DNA of 64,000 nt from Lama glama (Eukaryota): contig CM052844.1 of the NCBI GenBank assembly GCA_028534125.1, positions 1,550,001 to 1,614,000 of the forward strand, read 5' to 3'. Made by a program: the position numbers and the translations under genes. Below are positions 13,401 through 25,519 of this stretch, in pieces. Within the stretch, counting starts at the first letter, position 1; each line of letters opens with the position of its first letter. The notes below the pieces were generated by a model. That model saw only the letters and a program-made list of their open reading frames with translations. It had not been told where the DNA came from and searched no databases.

Positions 13401-13909
13401 GTCTCCCCAGGCAGGCCCCACTGCACCTCACTGCACCTAACCATACCCTCTTTCTAGCTGATACACCTGCCACTCCTCTTCATTTTGAGGCCTTTTTCTT
13501 GGAAATGCTCAATGACCGACGTGCTGCTTTCTGGCCCGCCTCTTCTCGTGACAGTCACAGCCCAAAGACGACAGGGACACAGACACTGCACCAGCCCCGC
13601 CCCTGGTGGGCAGAGCAGGCGACGTGCGCCCTTCATCCCGTTTTCAGCTCGAGGATCCATCAGCAGCTCGACCCCCCACCCGGGTCCCAGGCATCAGCCA
13701 TGGGAGTGGCTCCGAGCTGCAGGAAGGAAAAGACGGGACGAGTGTCACTGGCTGGTGCCAAGATGTCCTAGCACACAATATGTATTTTTAACCCTTTTTC
13801 TTTTTTAAACATACTGCTTAACATCTTTCCTTTCAATCCAATCCTTCAAATTTATGGCCTAGTTTTGGGTTGAGAAAACAGAACAACATTTAAGACCAAT
13901 CAGGATGAT

Positions 13910-14160
13910 GTCGTACTGACCAGGGCAGAGAAACAGAACCAGCAGGACGCGAGCATAGAGAGAGGCTTGTCTTAGGGAATGGGCTCCCCCGGCCATGGAG
14001 GCCGGCGAGCCCCAGATCTGCAGGGGAGCCCAGGAGCCCCGGGACCTGGGGAGAGCTGCCTCTGCGGGCTGCGTCCGAGGGCTGTCTGCCGGCAGGACTT
14101 CTTATCAGAAGCTCAGTCTTGCTATACTTCTTCACCTGATGGGTACCAGGCTCTATCAAT
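13910..14160 (-). mobile_element. ERVL MLT2-like LTR fragment
   Basis: agagaaacagaaccagcagga...atggaggccggcgagccccagatctgcagg. Confidence 0.65.
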
Positions 14161-14450
14161 CCCCTTTCCAAACCTCAAAATTTGCTCCCCCTTCTCCCAC
14201 AGCTGCTGCCACATCTGGATGCTCCGCACTTGGGCTCTACGTTAAACAGCTGCCATCTCCTCTCCTTGCTCCGGCTCAATCTGCAGCGCCAGGGCTGTTC
14301 CCTAAAACACCGATGCAACCACGCCATCCTTCTGCTTAAAAGCTTTACTTGGTTTCCAGACCTTCGCTACAAACTCTGAACTTCTCAGCACAGAATATAA
14401 AGCCGTACCTCCAGTCTTTCCTGGGACATCCCGAACTTTTCTTATACTCC

Positions 14451-14903
14451 TGTTAGGGGCTGAGCTGTATCCCCCCAAAATGGTGTGTTGGTGCCCTCAC
14501 TCCCAGTACCTCAGAACGTGACCTCATTTGGAGACAGGGTCTTCACGCAGCTAACAAAGTTTAAATGAGGTCATTAGGGTGGATCCCAATCCAACAGGAC
14601 AGGTGTCCTTACACAAGGGAAATCTGGACACAGAGACAGGTAAGCACGAAGGGAAGAGGATGTGAAGGAGGCAGAGATCGAGGCGATACACCGATAAGCG
14701 AAGGGTCATCAGAGATGTCAGGAAACCACCAGAAGCTAAAAAAAGGTGCATGGAACAGACGCTCCTTCACGGCCCTTGGAAGGAACCACCCCTGCCGAAA
14801 CGCTGATCTTGAACTTCCAGGCTCCAGACTGGGAGTGAAAAGGTTCACTGTTTAAGTCTCCAGTCTGAAATTCTCGGTATGGCAGCCCCAGCGAACTGAA
14901 ACA
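14451..14903 (+). mobile_element. MaLR (MLT1B/C-like) solo LTR inserted in an L2 fragment
   Basis: TG...CA ends; cccagtacctcagaacgtgacctcatttggagacagggtct motif. Confidence 0.88.
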
Positions 14904-16752
14904 ATAGCCCGTATCCTGGCCACCTTCATTCTCTAATGCACAATGTCATGGCTCCATGACGGAACTCAGGTCACTTCCTCAGCATGGGTGTCCTTCTCCT
15001 CCTCGATCCCCCAGTGAACTGCTTCTCCTTCGGTCTGCTTCCTTCCTGCCCCTTGGGGCTTCCGCTACCACCTGTATCAGGCCAACCTCTGCTCATCCAC
15101 AGAGGAGGTGGGCTGCCCATCCGGCTGGTCAGAATTCCCTGATGCTGCGTGTCCTGGAAGCCCAGGTTACAGGACACTGAGAGGCTCAGCCATGTTCTGC
15201 AACCTCTCCTTTTCTCCAAGTGGACAAGGGGACCTAGGACCCTGGCCAGCTGCTTCTCTGTGTGAATGCTAACGCTGCTGGCCAGTGCCTGCAGCCTTGG
15301 GCCATGTGGACCACTGGACTCTGGATTTGGATGCTGGGGGAAGGTCGACTCCTGAATTCATCAGAGCACCAAATAGGGCTACTGTGTGCAGCTAAGGACA
15401 CAGGTCACACTGGTAACTCTCCCAGAAGACCAAAACTGAATGATGAAAATAACAGAACAGAATATCTGAAATTATGACTGCCCCAGAAAATAGGGGACAT
15501 GCAGTCATGGCGCCCATGGGAAAGCTCAGCCTGGGATCCTGGCCTCTGGAGCACCTGTCCTAAGCAGAAAGAGGGGCGAGATGCCTACGGCTCACTTTCC
15601 ATCTCGCCTTGTTTCCTCTGTAGCAGCAGGAATGGTCCAGACTTACTACTATCGGAACAGTCACAAGACGAGCATTTAATTTCACAGCCATTTGCAAGTT
15701 ACACTGACCATAATATGGTCATCACTTGATTGTTAATAAGAAGAAAACATCTCAGAGAAATATAAGAGACTGTTACTGTACTGAAAGGAAAGGGATCCAT
15801 CATCCAAACGGGTTATTCCAAATTCGCCATGTGTTAAGTATTGCTCTGTCACTTCACCTTGAAATGTCACAGGCTGTGAACGCTGCCAGCAGTGTGGACC
15901 TGACGCCTCCAAGGAGCCGGCCTTTGAGAACATAATTTAAGCAGCAAGAAGAGAATGAAGGCGGTGAGTCAGCAGTGAGTCACGGCAAAGCCACGGCGCT
16001 CCTGCCGTGCGGCTCCCCACATGCGCTCATCGGCAGCAGTGAATTGGTTTTTTCCATCTTGCTTCTTTTTTTCCTGAGTAACCTCAGTATGAATCATGGT
16101 GGGTGGTCTGCACTCAAAAAGAGAAACTCTTGATCACAATGAACAAAACATTGCTTTAACTTCTCAAAAGACTCTTCGAAAGATCCGGCAGGCAGCGCGT
16201 GGACGTTTGTGGTCGCGGACAGCGCCACTTTCCCACTTTCCTCCGAGGGACGCTTGCAGCCCAGAAGGGCCCGGGGAACGGTTGAAAAACAGCAACGGAA
16301 AGTGGGCCTGGAGCCCACCCAACCCCAAGTGTGTGTGCATTCACAATGAATATTTTTAAAAAATTATTAACGAGGATTTCTTTTTTTCTGGCCACAGGTG
16401 ACCAAACCACAAATGTAACTGGGGAACCATCAAAGAACAGCTCCGTCCCTGCTGGTTTCCCTGTTCTGCTGAAGGAAGATCATTAGGGGAAATGGTGAAA
16501 ACCCACTCAGGCCAAGGACTGTGTTTCATGCCCCGCTGCGCCCTCCACGTTTGACAACCAAAGCAGCAGGCGTGGTAAGCTCTCAACACACATTACATAA
16601 TTCACCCACGCGACGTTAGCACCAAAACACGTTTTGTGCCTCGGGTGAGGACAGGAAGGCAGCGTCCTCCCCGCCACCGCCCCTGTGGCCGTGGGTGCGA
16701 CTCTCGGCTGGAAGCGCTGAGCCTGCCGGCCTCTCGCTCGGCTGGGGAGCAC

Positions 16753-17176
16753 TGTGTGATGGGCTGAGTGCTGTTCTCCCACACGCACAACACCCAGAAC
16801 CTCAGACAGTGGCCATACTGGGAAATAGGATCTCTACAGAGACAATCCAGTGAAGATGAGGTCTCACTGCATTAGAATGAGCCCTGATCCAAAGATAGGG
16901 TCCTACTAAGAAGAGGGGGATTTGGAGGCAGACACAGAGAGGCGAAGTCCGGAGGAAGCAGGAGGCAGAGGCCACAGTGCTGCAGCCACAGGACCGTGCC
17001 GGTGACCAGCAGCAGCTGGAAGAGGCTGAGAAGGGTCGTCCCTGCAGCCTCTGAGGGAGCGAGGCCCCACTGATGCCTGCTTTCTGAACTTCAGCCTCCA
17101 GATCCAAGGATGAATTTCTGTCGTCTTCCACCAGCTCGTCTGTGCACCTGGAGCAGCAGCTGCAGGAAGTGAATCC
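16753..17176 (+). mobile_element. MaLR (MLT1B/C-like) solo LTR
   Basis: ggaaataggatctctacaga...gaagatgaggtc...ctgaacttcagcctccaga motifs. Confidence 0.8.
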
Positions 17177-20100
17177 TCACTGCAGCCTTGGCTCCACGGC
17201 CTCGAGGCCCCTCGGAGCTGGAACAGGCCTGCAGGGCATGCACCCGCCGCCTGGCAGCAGGGGACACCTCCACCATGCACCGCAGCCCTGCAGCGGCTCA
17301 CGCCCAGGGGCTGGCTGCTGGGACAGGCCGGCGGGGCGCTGACTCAGCAGGCGTTCAGAGGCCGTCAGAAAGGGTTGTCTGCAGCCTTTTTAAAGACTAG
17401 TATGATTTCTGACTTCCTCCCCGAGGGTTTGGAGGGAGAGGGAGGCAATACACTTTATCAGATCTTCCCGATTGCTACAGGATCATCAGACTCAGTGAAT
17501 TAAAAACCACTGAAGCCCGGGTGCCGCCATCCATCTCAGCTGCAAATACGCCCGTCCAGGAGCTCCTGGACGAGCACAACCCAACGTGTCCGCAGGAAGA
17601 GGACACCTCATTCCCAGTGGAAATAGAACGGAAGTCCTCTCAAAGAAAAGACACTCAGGCTTAGGGGAGGGTGTGACCCTCCTGGTCTGCATCTTAACGT
17701 CCTGGAAGAAACGTCTCCTCTCACTTGGCTGTGGCAGGAGTCACACTCGCCGTGGGACAGGAAACCCGGCAGCGGGTCCCACTTGAGGCCTCAGAGAAGA
17801 GTCGGCTCTGGGCTGAGAGCAAGTGACATCCAGGTGCAAATAAATGTCACATTTTAGAGCAAACCCCACAAAAGGACCTCAGACCTACATCTGCCTCCCA
17901 GAAACGTTCAGCAAGGTCAGCCGTGGATTGGGGCCAGATCTCCTGGGGTTAGCACGGATTTCCACAAAACCCTGACCTCACACACCTGGATTACGCAGTA
18001 AGCTGCCTTAGATGCGGCTTCAACTAGAGGACATCCAGGAGGCACGGCGATCGCCCTGTCACGTGGCTCTCCATGAAACATGGCGGCACCCCTGCTGGGC
18101 CCTCCGAGGGCCCCGGGAGCGCCCACCAGTCCCGTCCGTGGTGAGACCGCTGAGGCCCAGCGAGCACGAAGCCAGCCCCCTTCTCGGCCCTCCGTCCACA
18201 CGAAGCCGCTGCCCTCCTCCACCAGCCCCGCGCGGAAGGGGGCTGCCACCTCCCACCCCAGGAAAAGAAACGAGCTTGCTGCCCCCACGGCCTCTTTCCC
18301 ACAAACCACACTTCATCTCTGGAACGAAGGGGGACAAAAGGCTTTTTCGGTTCTGTGCTGTTTGCTGCTGCCTCACGATAATTTTGCAAAACTGGTAAGG
18401 ATGGAACCTTTCGTTGCTGCCAATCCCAAGTGAAGCTTGTCACCTATCACCTGTCAGACGTGCACAGGGGCATCTGAGGGGCGGCTCGTCAGCCTTGCAG
18501 GCTGAGCTGAAATGAGCTGGTGACTCCTTTACAATGTTCTTACCTCCTCTCAAAACAGTTACTTCCCAGTTGTCACTCCTCACAGTCTGAGTCTGATACC
18601 TGGTCCATTTACATCTGTCTGCCTTTCTTTTCTGAGTATCACTGTGGCCGGCTTTTCCCTTCATTTAAAAGAATCCCAGAGATGCTCCTCCTCTCCACCA
18701 TCGGTGTGCAGCCTGTGGCTCACGCTCTCCGTGGTCATTGCTTCACCTTCCCCCTTCTTGAAGGCCATGCCTGCGACTCTCCTCCCTAGACCACCCTGCA
18801 AACCACGGAAGGGCTGGAGACGTGGCCTTGCTTTTCCATGAAATTCTGGACGAATGCATCACAGCCGCACCAGGCCTGCTGGGAAGGAGGCCGAGGCCAC
18901 CCTGCGGCTCCGCTGAGACAAGCTCCTCGGTCACCTCCTCCCCCTCAATCCCCCCCACCTGCCATCCGGACCTCGGGGATTTCCTCCTAAGGTAAACCAC
19001 TTTCCCTCACATTTCCCTCACTGTGTCCTTCTCGTGACTAAACCTACTTCCATTTCCTGACTTAAAGGACCCCCGGATGACCCAGAAAACCGCTCCTCCC
19101 CGGGCCCTCAGGGCTCTGGGAAGGACTTCGGTAGCAGACCTCACACGCCGACTGCTGCACCCCCTTTAGACTCAGTCACATGGGCTGACGCCAAGCATAA
19201 GCCCGCCGCGGCGTCCACACCACGACAGCCGTGCTCGCGGGCCTCGGAACTCAGCGTAAACGGAAGCTGCCTCCTTCTCTGGTTCGTAAGACAATAACCT
19301 GGCAAGGAAATGTGAGTTACTAGTAAGCAGTGGAGTTACAGAAGATGTGCAAGTTCTATTTTGCTGAACTACGCTTGTCTTCCTCTTCATAAACCGAACA
19401 TTTATCCTTATTTCAAAGCATGTCCCAGGAGCACAGCTGGACTCATGCAGAGATGTGCTTCTTGTCTGGTACAGACCACGTTCTAAACAAGTGGTTTTGC
19501 AGAATCAGATGAAAAGTAGGTCAGCTTCACCCGGCAGGTCACAATTACACATGGTCAAGAAGGATCTCGGTCCGATGTGTTTGTCACAGGGAAGAGTGTT
19601 AGGAGTGCACCTCAGGGGTGTGAAATTTCAGATTTTCCAAGAGCAGTCATTTTTTCCCCCTGTGCTACAAACAGCTCTTTTCCGGTCATATGCTTCACAA
19701 CGATGTAATGTATGAGAGGTGACAAAGAGGATTCAGCCTAACTTTCAGGCCAGTGTCCTAGCAGCATTCACACTAAGTATTGTGTAATGCCCTATCTGTT
19801 AATCCACTGTGCGGTTTTTTTCTAATTTGAAACTCAGTCAATACACTTAAACACAAAACCCTATACATAAAAGCTGCCTTTTCTGAAAATATAACCTTGA
19901 AGTTCAGCACTTTACTTGGAAGACCTGCAACACACTGTGGCGCAGCCGCCATGAAGAGCACCTGCTTGCTGCTCCTGGCAGGGGTCTTAGCCCAGAAAAG
20001 AGAGCATCACTTGGTGACCTCTGTGACTCCTTCACAGGCTGGCTTTTCTTCATCATTGTTCAACATGTATCACGTCTTCACCTTACTCCAGGCACTAGCC

Positions 20101-21770
20101 TGGTTGCCTTGAAGGGTTTTTTTTTTCCAAAATGATAAATATTAGTTGAGAACTTATTCTGTCCACAGTGGGTAGCTCATACAGGTGAGCTAGACAGGAT
20201 CCTGTCCTTCCGTGAACCAAACCGAGTGCTAAGGAGGTGAGGGACTAGGGAAACCAGCCTGGAGATCTGCTAGCGCACGTGTTCTGTGTGCTCCCGGGGC
20301 ACTCATCTGCTAGGTACCAAGTACCAAGGAGAACTGTGACACTGTTCAGTTCACGGCAAAGAGGAAACAGGCGCCATGACCAGTGCTACAGACACAGACA
20401 CGGAGGAGGGCTTTCCAGGCAGAGAGGAAAGCACAGAAAAGGAGAGAGATGTGAAGCTGTGCCTCTCCCAGGAAACCACTAGAGGTTTGGTGCCATGGGA
20501 AAGCAGGTGGGAGTGGGGCTGACACACGGCGAAGAGGTGAGAACCCAGACAGGGCAGTGAATGCAGAGTCAAGGGGTCAGGTGGCATCACACAGGGGAAG
20601 GGTCATCAGAGTTGAGCTGTCCACGGAAGGTCCAAGTAACAGCTGGTGGTCAGAAGGACGCTATTGGGCTTTGCAAATGTGACTGACAAAAGCACTCCTC
20701 CGCTGCTTCTGTCCTGTTCACTCTCACAAACGTGCACAGTCACACGCATGTATGTTACATATTCTTACAGGTTTACCTGCTGGTCCCAATATGGTCCTTG
20801 TCCATATCTTCAAGTTTTATGGAAACTCAAGATAAATAAAATACAACTCTCTCTTATCAGACGGTCTGTGCTAAGCAGTGAGGCCGTGTGCCCAGCCTTG
20901 CAGAGCTGTGGCTGGTCCATTACCACCTCCCTCCACCTGAGGAGACAGCAGAGGAAGCAGGGCCAGACAAGGGACTAACCTCAAGGGTCTGCCATCCAAC
21001 ACCCACACGCCAGCTCCTCCCTGCCAGCAGACCCCGGCGAGTTTTAACGCCAGCCGTGCACGGAGGTGGGACTCCAGCTGCTGCGTGCTCTCAGCAGCGC
21101 GAGCGCTCAGCCTGGCTATTCGCCCACAGGTGGCGCTCTGAGGACCTGGCCCTTGGGCAGCAGCTGTTCTTCCAGCAAAGCTCGTCCGGCGCATCCAGTG
21201 CCTGGTCCACAGGTGTCTCAGCTACGGCCCGGCTTCGAAGGCCAGCCCAGTTCTGCTCTGCAAATACACCCTTTGAGAGGCTACATTTCACACGATTTCC
21301 CAATGCTGCAGACACGTCCACGTGGGCCACCCTCTGGGAGGTCCAGCCGTGTACTCTGAAGCGCTTTCCATTAAGCAGAATTACTAGCGATTGGTGACCT
21401 TCCGCCCTGGACCTGGGGAGGCTGTCTCAACCCAGTCCTGTCTCCCGTGGCCCCTGGAGGCCCCTCGGCACCAAGCACCACGCGGGAACGCCTGTCGGGG
21501 CAGCAGCGCATCACCTCACTGGGCGCTCGCCGCCCACGCCGCGTCTGCGGGGGGCGGGCTCTGCTCCCACCCCCCAGCCCGGACCCTTCCATGAAGAAGT
21601 GAGGTTTAGAAAGGTTAAATAATTTTCCCAGAAGCAAACAGCTATTGAGTGGATTTAAATCTGATCTCCTAAAATTTCAATCCTGTTGGGCATCTCAGGG
21701 ATTAACAGCTTCCATGGAATTGCCCCATTTTGGCCAATTAGCACCTTCGGAAGGCCCCCCTTCCTCCCCC

Positions 21771-21870
21771 NNNNNNNNNNNNNNNNNNNNNNNNNNNNNN
21801 NNNNNNNNNNNNNNNNNNNNNNNNNNNNNNNNNNNNNNNNNNNNNNNNNNNNNNNNNNNNNNNNNNNNNN
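21771..21870. other. Assembly gap (100 N, unknown size); other gaps at 33642-33741, 33759-33914 and 61108-61246 lie inside L1 copies
   Basis: N runs. Confidence 1.
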
Positions 21871-22049
21871 CAGCCTGACGTCTCCCCTCCCCCGAGCTGG
21901 GGCTCGATTTCGTCTTGGCCCCTCACAGCCCTCGGGAGGAGGCCGAGAGCAACAGGAGGGGCGCCGAGGGCCTGGAAAGACTGGGCTGTCGTTTCTCTCT
22001 GTGGAGGCCTGATTGTTTTCTCATTTGTTTAGAAAGGGGGACAATGACA

Positions 22050-22412
22050 ACCCCCTACGGAAGTCCACTTGCAAAAGGATGAATTTGGACCCTACCTCCC
22101 ACTATACACAAAAACTAACTCCAAGTAAATTAATGATCTAAGTCTAAGGGCCAAAACATAAAGCTCCTAGAAGAAAACACAAAGATAAATACTCACAACC
22201 TTGGATTTGGCAATTAATTCTTAAATATGATACCAAAGCAATAAAAGAAAAAAATACATAAATGAGACTTGATAAAAGTTAAAAACCTGTACAAGAGACA
22301 TAATTAAGAAAGTGAAAAGAAAATCTACAGACTGGGAGAAAATACTTGCAAATCATATACCTGATGAAGGATGAATATCCAGAATGTATTAAAAACTACT
22401 TCAATCCAACAG
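22050..22412 (+). repeat. L1 ORF2 3' fragment
   Basis: aaaaggatgaatttggaccc...ctcctagaagaaaaca...tgggagaaaatacttgcaaatcata. Confidence 0.88.
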
Positions 22413-22414
22413 CA

Positions 22415-22890
22415 TCTTCATGAGAGCTTTGAAGCCAGCTCCACCCAGCTCTGATCGTCCCTGCCCAGCTTTCTTACTGATCAAAGACGCAAGTTTTGAT
22501 AGGAAGAGAGCACTGTCTTCCTCTTGTTCTGGTTTATAGATATTTATAAACAGCGTTCGTAACTGCCCCACCTCTATTTCCTGGGCCTTGCAGTGCACAG
22601 GACGGCAGGCATTGTGCAGCTCCTGCTCATCCGTGTGAAGAACTTGCCCTGACAGAGACCCAAGCACAGCTTGGCCTCAGTTCATATTCTACATGACTAA
22701 GTACTGATCAGTGTCATAGCTAAGAGTTCCACCCAACTGAACACTAATTATTTTCCACCCAAATTCTCACATCTCAGATCAGTGACATCTTCCAAACACA
22801 GACATTTTAGTGAAAAGTTGAGACATAAATTGAGTCAGTTCTGATTCAGTTACCCATGCCTTCCAAATTTTCTTTGACACAAATTGCCAA
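22415..22890 (-). mobile_element. Fossil AP-endonuclease domain of an ancient LINE (RTE-X/L4-like)
   Basis: Colinear degenerate motifs FVSKKIWKAWVTESELTQFMSQ / CLCLED / RPS / LFINIYKP...FLSKLASLI / LGGAGFKA across frameshifts. Confidence 0.5.
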
Positions 22891-23329
22891 AATTGCAGTG
22901 TTTAGAACACACTGGGATCTTTTATTGCCTGGCTCTTATCACAAATGTCTGCTCGAAAATGTGCTTATGCAGGGCATTCCCAAGGAACAAATTAATGTTG
23001 CTCTAGCCCTCCCCAGATTTGGTACATCTGTTTTGGATTCCATTGTAATTCTAAAATTTTAGGGTAGGCAGTGTTCTGGTGCAGTGAAATTGCCAGGGGG
23101 CTCCACACAGCTCTGGATGCTGCCAGACAGTTTGAAATAACATGTCAGTGAGTTTGGAAAGACCTCCTTTTAGAATACAGATGGAGTGAGAGACACTTAG
23201 CTCACTCTGAGTCGGGTCCAACAAATGAGGCAAAAGATAACCATCAGAGACCATGAGAGCAACAGAGCATCAGACCGCTTACAGCCAGCCTCCCCAAGAA
23301 CTGTCCGCACTGGGATGAAAAGCCTTGTT

Positions 23330-23500
23330 TTACTGCCATCCACTCTGTGCCACGTGGTGTGCTAGGAGTTTTGCACACATTATCACTACTCTAAGCGGGA
23401 GATACCGCCAACCCCTTTTTACTGAGGAAACAGGCTCAGATATAAATAGCTTGCCCAAGGTCACGGATCTGGGCATGGCAGAAGGGTTAGGTTTGGGGTC
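23330..23500 (-). repeat. MIR SINE
   Basis: ctgaggaaacaggctcaga...cttgcccaaggtcac. Confidence 0.75.
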
Positions 23501-23534
23501 TTGCGGCAACATCTCTCCTCCTTCCCCTATTCCA

Positions 23535-23747
23535 GGGATCAGCAGCTTAGGCCTGAAGGCCAAATCTCACCACCATGGCTTTTTGTAATTTAAATTTTAC
23601 TGGAACACAGCCAGGCCTACTCATCCAGTCCAGGTGTGGGGCTTCTGTGCCATGGGGAGGCTGTGTAGTTGAAGCAGGCTGTATAGTCCACAAAGCTTAA
23701 AATAATTACTATCTGGCCCTTTACATAAAAAAAATTGCAGTCCCCTG
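23535..23747. mobile_element. MER58-like hAT MITE
   Basis: ttttactggaacacagcca...actatctggccctttaca...gtcccctg. Confidence 0.8.
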
Positions 23748-25519
23748 CCATACACAGTAAGACCTTTCCTTACTTCTGAGGTTCTCCTCTGTTTACTTTG
23801 TCCCCATCCAACAGGAACCCTAGGAAAGTCTGCAATGTGTGCTCAGATAGAGGCTCTCACCCCCCAAGCCGACAGAGACCAGGCTCGAGAGCACCATTTC
23901 TTCACAGAGTTTAACCACCATCACCAGTGAGCCAGCGCCTGGCACACAGCCAGTCTTCAGTCCCCCCAAGGGTGCTGTCCAGGGGCCCCAACTTCATCAC
24001 AGCCACCTCAGGTGACCTACTGTCAGGGCTGCCTGCATGCAGAAGCCACTAGACCCAGGGCAGGCCCACTGCACTAGGAAGTTCTGCCCCATCAGACGTC
24101 CCTGTCCACCCAGGCTCCGTGACCTGGAAGTGCGGACCTCTGCCTCAGACACCCAGGGCCGCTCCTGCATCTGGATGGACAGTGCTTGAACAGCTGAGGC
24201 CTGAACGTGTGCCTTGCTTACGGGTCACTCAGTCCCTGGCTTTGTTCTGGAGCAACTGGCTGCTGGTGTGCAAGACTGTTTACGTGTGCGTTTGGAGACC
24301 AGCAGTCTGGAGATTTATGGCGCTTAAGAGTCAGAAGAGGAAGCTGTAAAGTGCCTGACAGAGCAGCTCTAAAAATTAAGACTTCTGCTTCCTGAAACCA
24401 CAGGCTGAAAATCCCTAAATCCTCCCGCCTGGCTCAGCCTTCCTCCTTCTGCACCAAACTTACTCACGCATAACACAGAAGAAAAAGAACAGGATGATTT
24501 CATGCAATCTTGTCTGAGAACCTTTCTTGCTCTGAGTTCCTGAGATGAACTGGAATACGCCGGTGTCCTGGGAAGTTTATCAAGAAGCCATGTGAGAGGG
24601 AGCAGGGTTACAGAGACGTCAGGGGTCTGGAGAGCAGCCTGGCATCCCAACAGGCTGCGGACAAGCTCCATGAGAGTCTGTTAGTTTCATTCAGAGAGGT
24701 CTCCGGTCACGTTTCGTCCTTGCCGGGTGCCTGCTGTCTAACGTGGGCCACGTATTACGTCTCTCCTACTTGGTTTTTCATTTCAAAGCATTTAATGGAG
24801 GAACTTTTGTAAATTAGAGATCACTGGGCCAAATCTGTGATAGACACTCTTCATTTAGCAAAGGGTAAGCCCAAAGGCCTGGAGAAATCTGAAGTCACAA
24901 AGTATAAACTGGGGAATGCGAGGCTCTCTAGAGCAAAGGGACATTCATTTTACACATTTCTGATTTTCTGAAGCACAGGTGACACTGGTGTGGAGGACTG
25001 CTGTTTTCCAGAGGGGAGGAAATAGAGTCTTCGCTGGGTTACTTCTGCTGAGCTGGGCTCCCTCCAGGCTTTTTCAGAGCTCAAGGGTGGAAATGTGGAG
25101 TCAAGTCATCGTCACCTGCACTTGAGTTTAAACTGAACAAACAGGCTCACTGAAAGCGACCTGACATCTGAGTGGAGACAAAGAATGAAACAGACAATTC
25201 CAAATGTACAGAGTACAAGTAACTCGTGCCTTGAACGCAGTGTGGGTAGACCTCGTGGGTCTTGCACTTTGAGTGTATCCGATATTGGGGGAATTCAAAA
25301 CATTTCAAATAAGCGACCGCAGACCTGTGAAGGCCACAATCAAGCAGCTTTGGAAAGTGTCCCCCACCCCCCGCCCCAGACCTGACGCTCACTGCCTCCT
25401 TTCCCCGCCCACGTGTTCTGACGCTTCACAACGGAAGGTTCCAGTCTTCGACTTCAGAGGGGATTTCCTTCATCCTTCAAAAAAAACAGAACCGTACGTA
25501 TAAACCCTGAAGATCTAAC

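Noticed and set aside
18680-19000. Possible L2 endonuclease remnant (LEGHA, ILDE, PAI/LGDF)
   Set aside because: Motifs are short, lie in different frames and are poorly spaced; too weak to call.
24369-24671. 100-aa ATG ORF MELVRSLLG...
   Set aside because: No homology recognised; only the embedded splice sites are retained as a tentative non-coding exon.
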